A stretch of DNA of 64,000 nucleotides, taken from NCBI GenBank assembly GCA_038087875.1, contig CM075979.1, positions 35,402,001-35,466,000 of the forward strand, in the 5' to 3' direction. Shown here piece by piece: positions 62,250-64,000 of the stretch. Every line of letters begins with the position of its first letter. Within the stretch, counting starts at the first letter, position 1. Origin of the DNA: Malacoraja senta (taxonomy: Eukaryota). The position numbers were made by a program, and so were the translations under genes. Under the pieces are notes generated by a model. The model did not search any database. It saw only the letters and a program-made list of their open reading frames with translations, and was not told where the DNA came from.

Positions 62250-64000
62250 CTCAAGAAGGACAGACTCTTGTCCCAGTTGTCAAGGATGACACAAGTGAGC
62301 AGGAGATGGATTCAGCTGACGAGTCGATGTCCAATGAGATTCTGGCCACCACAGAAGAAATATCAAAAATATCGACTGGTACAGGCCGGAGGATCAGACG
62401 CTTCAAACATGAGTGGCTGAAAAAGTTCTGGTTCCTGCGCTATTCACCCACTCTGAATGAAATGTGGTGCCATGTTTGTAGGCAGTACACTGTTCAGTCC
62501 TCCAGGACATCAGCCTTCATATTAGGCTCTAAGCAGTTCAAAATCCACACTATCAAGTTGCACGCCCAGAGTAATCTTCATAAGAAATGTTTGCAACTTT
62601 ATAAACTAAGGATGCATCCAGAAAAAACAGAAGAGATGTGCCGGAACATGACGCTGTTATTTAATGTAGCCTATCACATATCATTTGAAGGAAGGCATTT
62701 TTCAGATTTCAGACCATTGGCTGAACTTCTGAAAAAATGTGACTTAAAGATTGTTGATCAATACTTGAATGAGGGAGACTGTCAAACTTTAATTCACCAC
62801 ATAGCAATGTCTTTTCGAGAGGATCTCCTTGAGAGGCTCAGGGTGTCCCCATTTATGAGTGTGATTTTGGATGGGCAAACAGATGACATGATTGCTGATA
62901 ATGTTGCAATCTACATTCAATACGTTACCAATGAGGGGCCAGCTGCTACAGAGTTATTGTGCCTACAGGAATTGAGCTCTGCAACAGTGGACGGTTATAC
63001 ACAGGCACTGGACAGGGCCCTTGGAGGCATAGGGATCAAATGGAAAGAAGAAAAAATAATTGTTGGTCTGGGGGTCGATGGAGCCAATATGACAACAGGA
63101 CTAAGGGCAGGTTTAGCCATGAAGATCAAAAAGGCTTTGCCTTGGCTACTCTCTGTCCCATGTGTGATACATAGGCCTCACTTGGAAGTATTGGATGCTA
63201 TTAGTAGCAAAGAACTAACCTGTTTGGAAGATCTAGAGAATAACCTGAAACAATTGCTGAGCTTCTATCGATATTCCCCCAAACGCATGTGTGAATTAAG
63301 AGCTACTGCTGCAACACTCTGCGAGGAGACAGAATTCCTGGGTGACATTCGAGCTGTCAGGTGGATCATTGGAGAGCAGAATATCTTGAATGCATTGATC
63401 AAGGATTATTTGGAAGTGATAGCTCATCTTAAGGATGTTAGTGCTCAGACCCATAAAGCAGATGCTGCTGCCATTGCTCTGGCTCTGCTACAATTCTTGA
63501 TGGACTATCAGTCAGTTAAGCTTATCTATTTTTTGTTAGACATTATTGCTGTTCTTACACGGTTGGCATTCATTTTCCAGGGTGATCACCTTCTCATTAC
63601 CCATGCGGATGAAAAAATCGAAGAAGCCATTGAAGAGATAAGTAGATTGGTGGAATCACCAGGAGAATATCTGCAAGAGTTTGAGGAGACCTTTCACGAA
63701 AACTTTCATGGTGTTCCTCTGAAAAAACTAATAGTGGCAGAAGCCAAGTTTAATTCAATAAGAGAGAAGATTTGCCAAAAAACGCAACTCATTCTAGCAC
63801 AAAGGCTGGATTGCAATAGCCGTATCATTATTAGAGCATGTCAAGTGTTTGACATTACGACGTGGCCCCAAAATGAGGAAAACCTGATGAGTCATGGTGA
63901 AGAAGAGATTATGCACATATATAAGCACTTTGAAATAATTCCATCTTTTACAAAGGAAATTGGTCTGGATGGCAGAGACATTCGGGGTAGTTTATTGCAG
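62250..64000 (+). CDS. PRDM11: PRDM11 terminal coding exon (partial, runs off window): TTF-type zinc finger + hAT transposase-derived ZNF862-like domain
   Basis: Acceptor ctttttcttttcatcatcctag|CT at 62249/62250 (phase 1). The frame reads open for 583 codons: GRRIRRFKHEWLKKFWFLRYSPTLNEMWCHVCRQY..IKLHAQSNLHKKC..SVILDGQTDD..GLGVDGANM..CVIHRPHLEVLDAIS..DIRAVRWIIGEQ. This closely matches the long PRDM11 isoform as recalled. Confidence 0.97.

Overview
AT-rich vertebrate genomic DNA. The CR1, HE1-like SINE, Tc1 and Harbinger content points to a cartilaginous fish, probably a skate or ray (inferred). The window holds the 3' half of PRDM11 on the + strand: a PR/SET-domain exon (945-1132), an NLS/coiled-coil exon (15269-16072) and the large terminal exon encoding a TTF-type zinc finger plus hAT-transposase-derived (ZNF862-like) domain (62250 to past the window end; absent from the ORF track). 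The main discovery lies in the ~46 kb intron before that terminal exon. Three further + strand exons with mutually compatible splice phases (34856-36075, 41554-41776, 46951-47087) encode a Gln-rich 17 x 11-aa repeat region followed by a complete BEN-like DNA-binding domain split over two exons, then a stop codon and polyA signals. This implies either an alternative PRDM11 C-terminus (PR/SET-coiled coil-polyQ-BEN instead of PR/SET-coiled coil-ZnF/hAT) or a nested BEN gene, for which a candidate extra exon ends at 20708. The remainder is mobile DNA: two full-length Tc1 elements and a deletion derivative, a decayed pogo/Tigger, two Harbinger MITEs, a 73-bp piggyBac-like MITE, CR1/RTE/L1/Rex LINE pieces, tRNA-SINEs and Penelope-like repeats with hammerhead-like cores. 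All calls come from reading the sequence; no searches were run.
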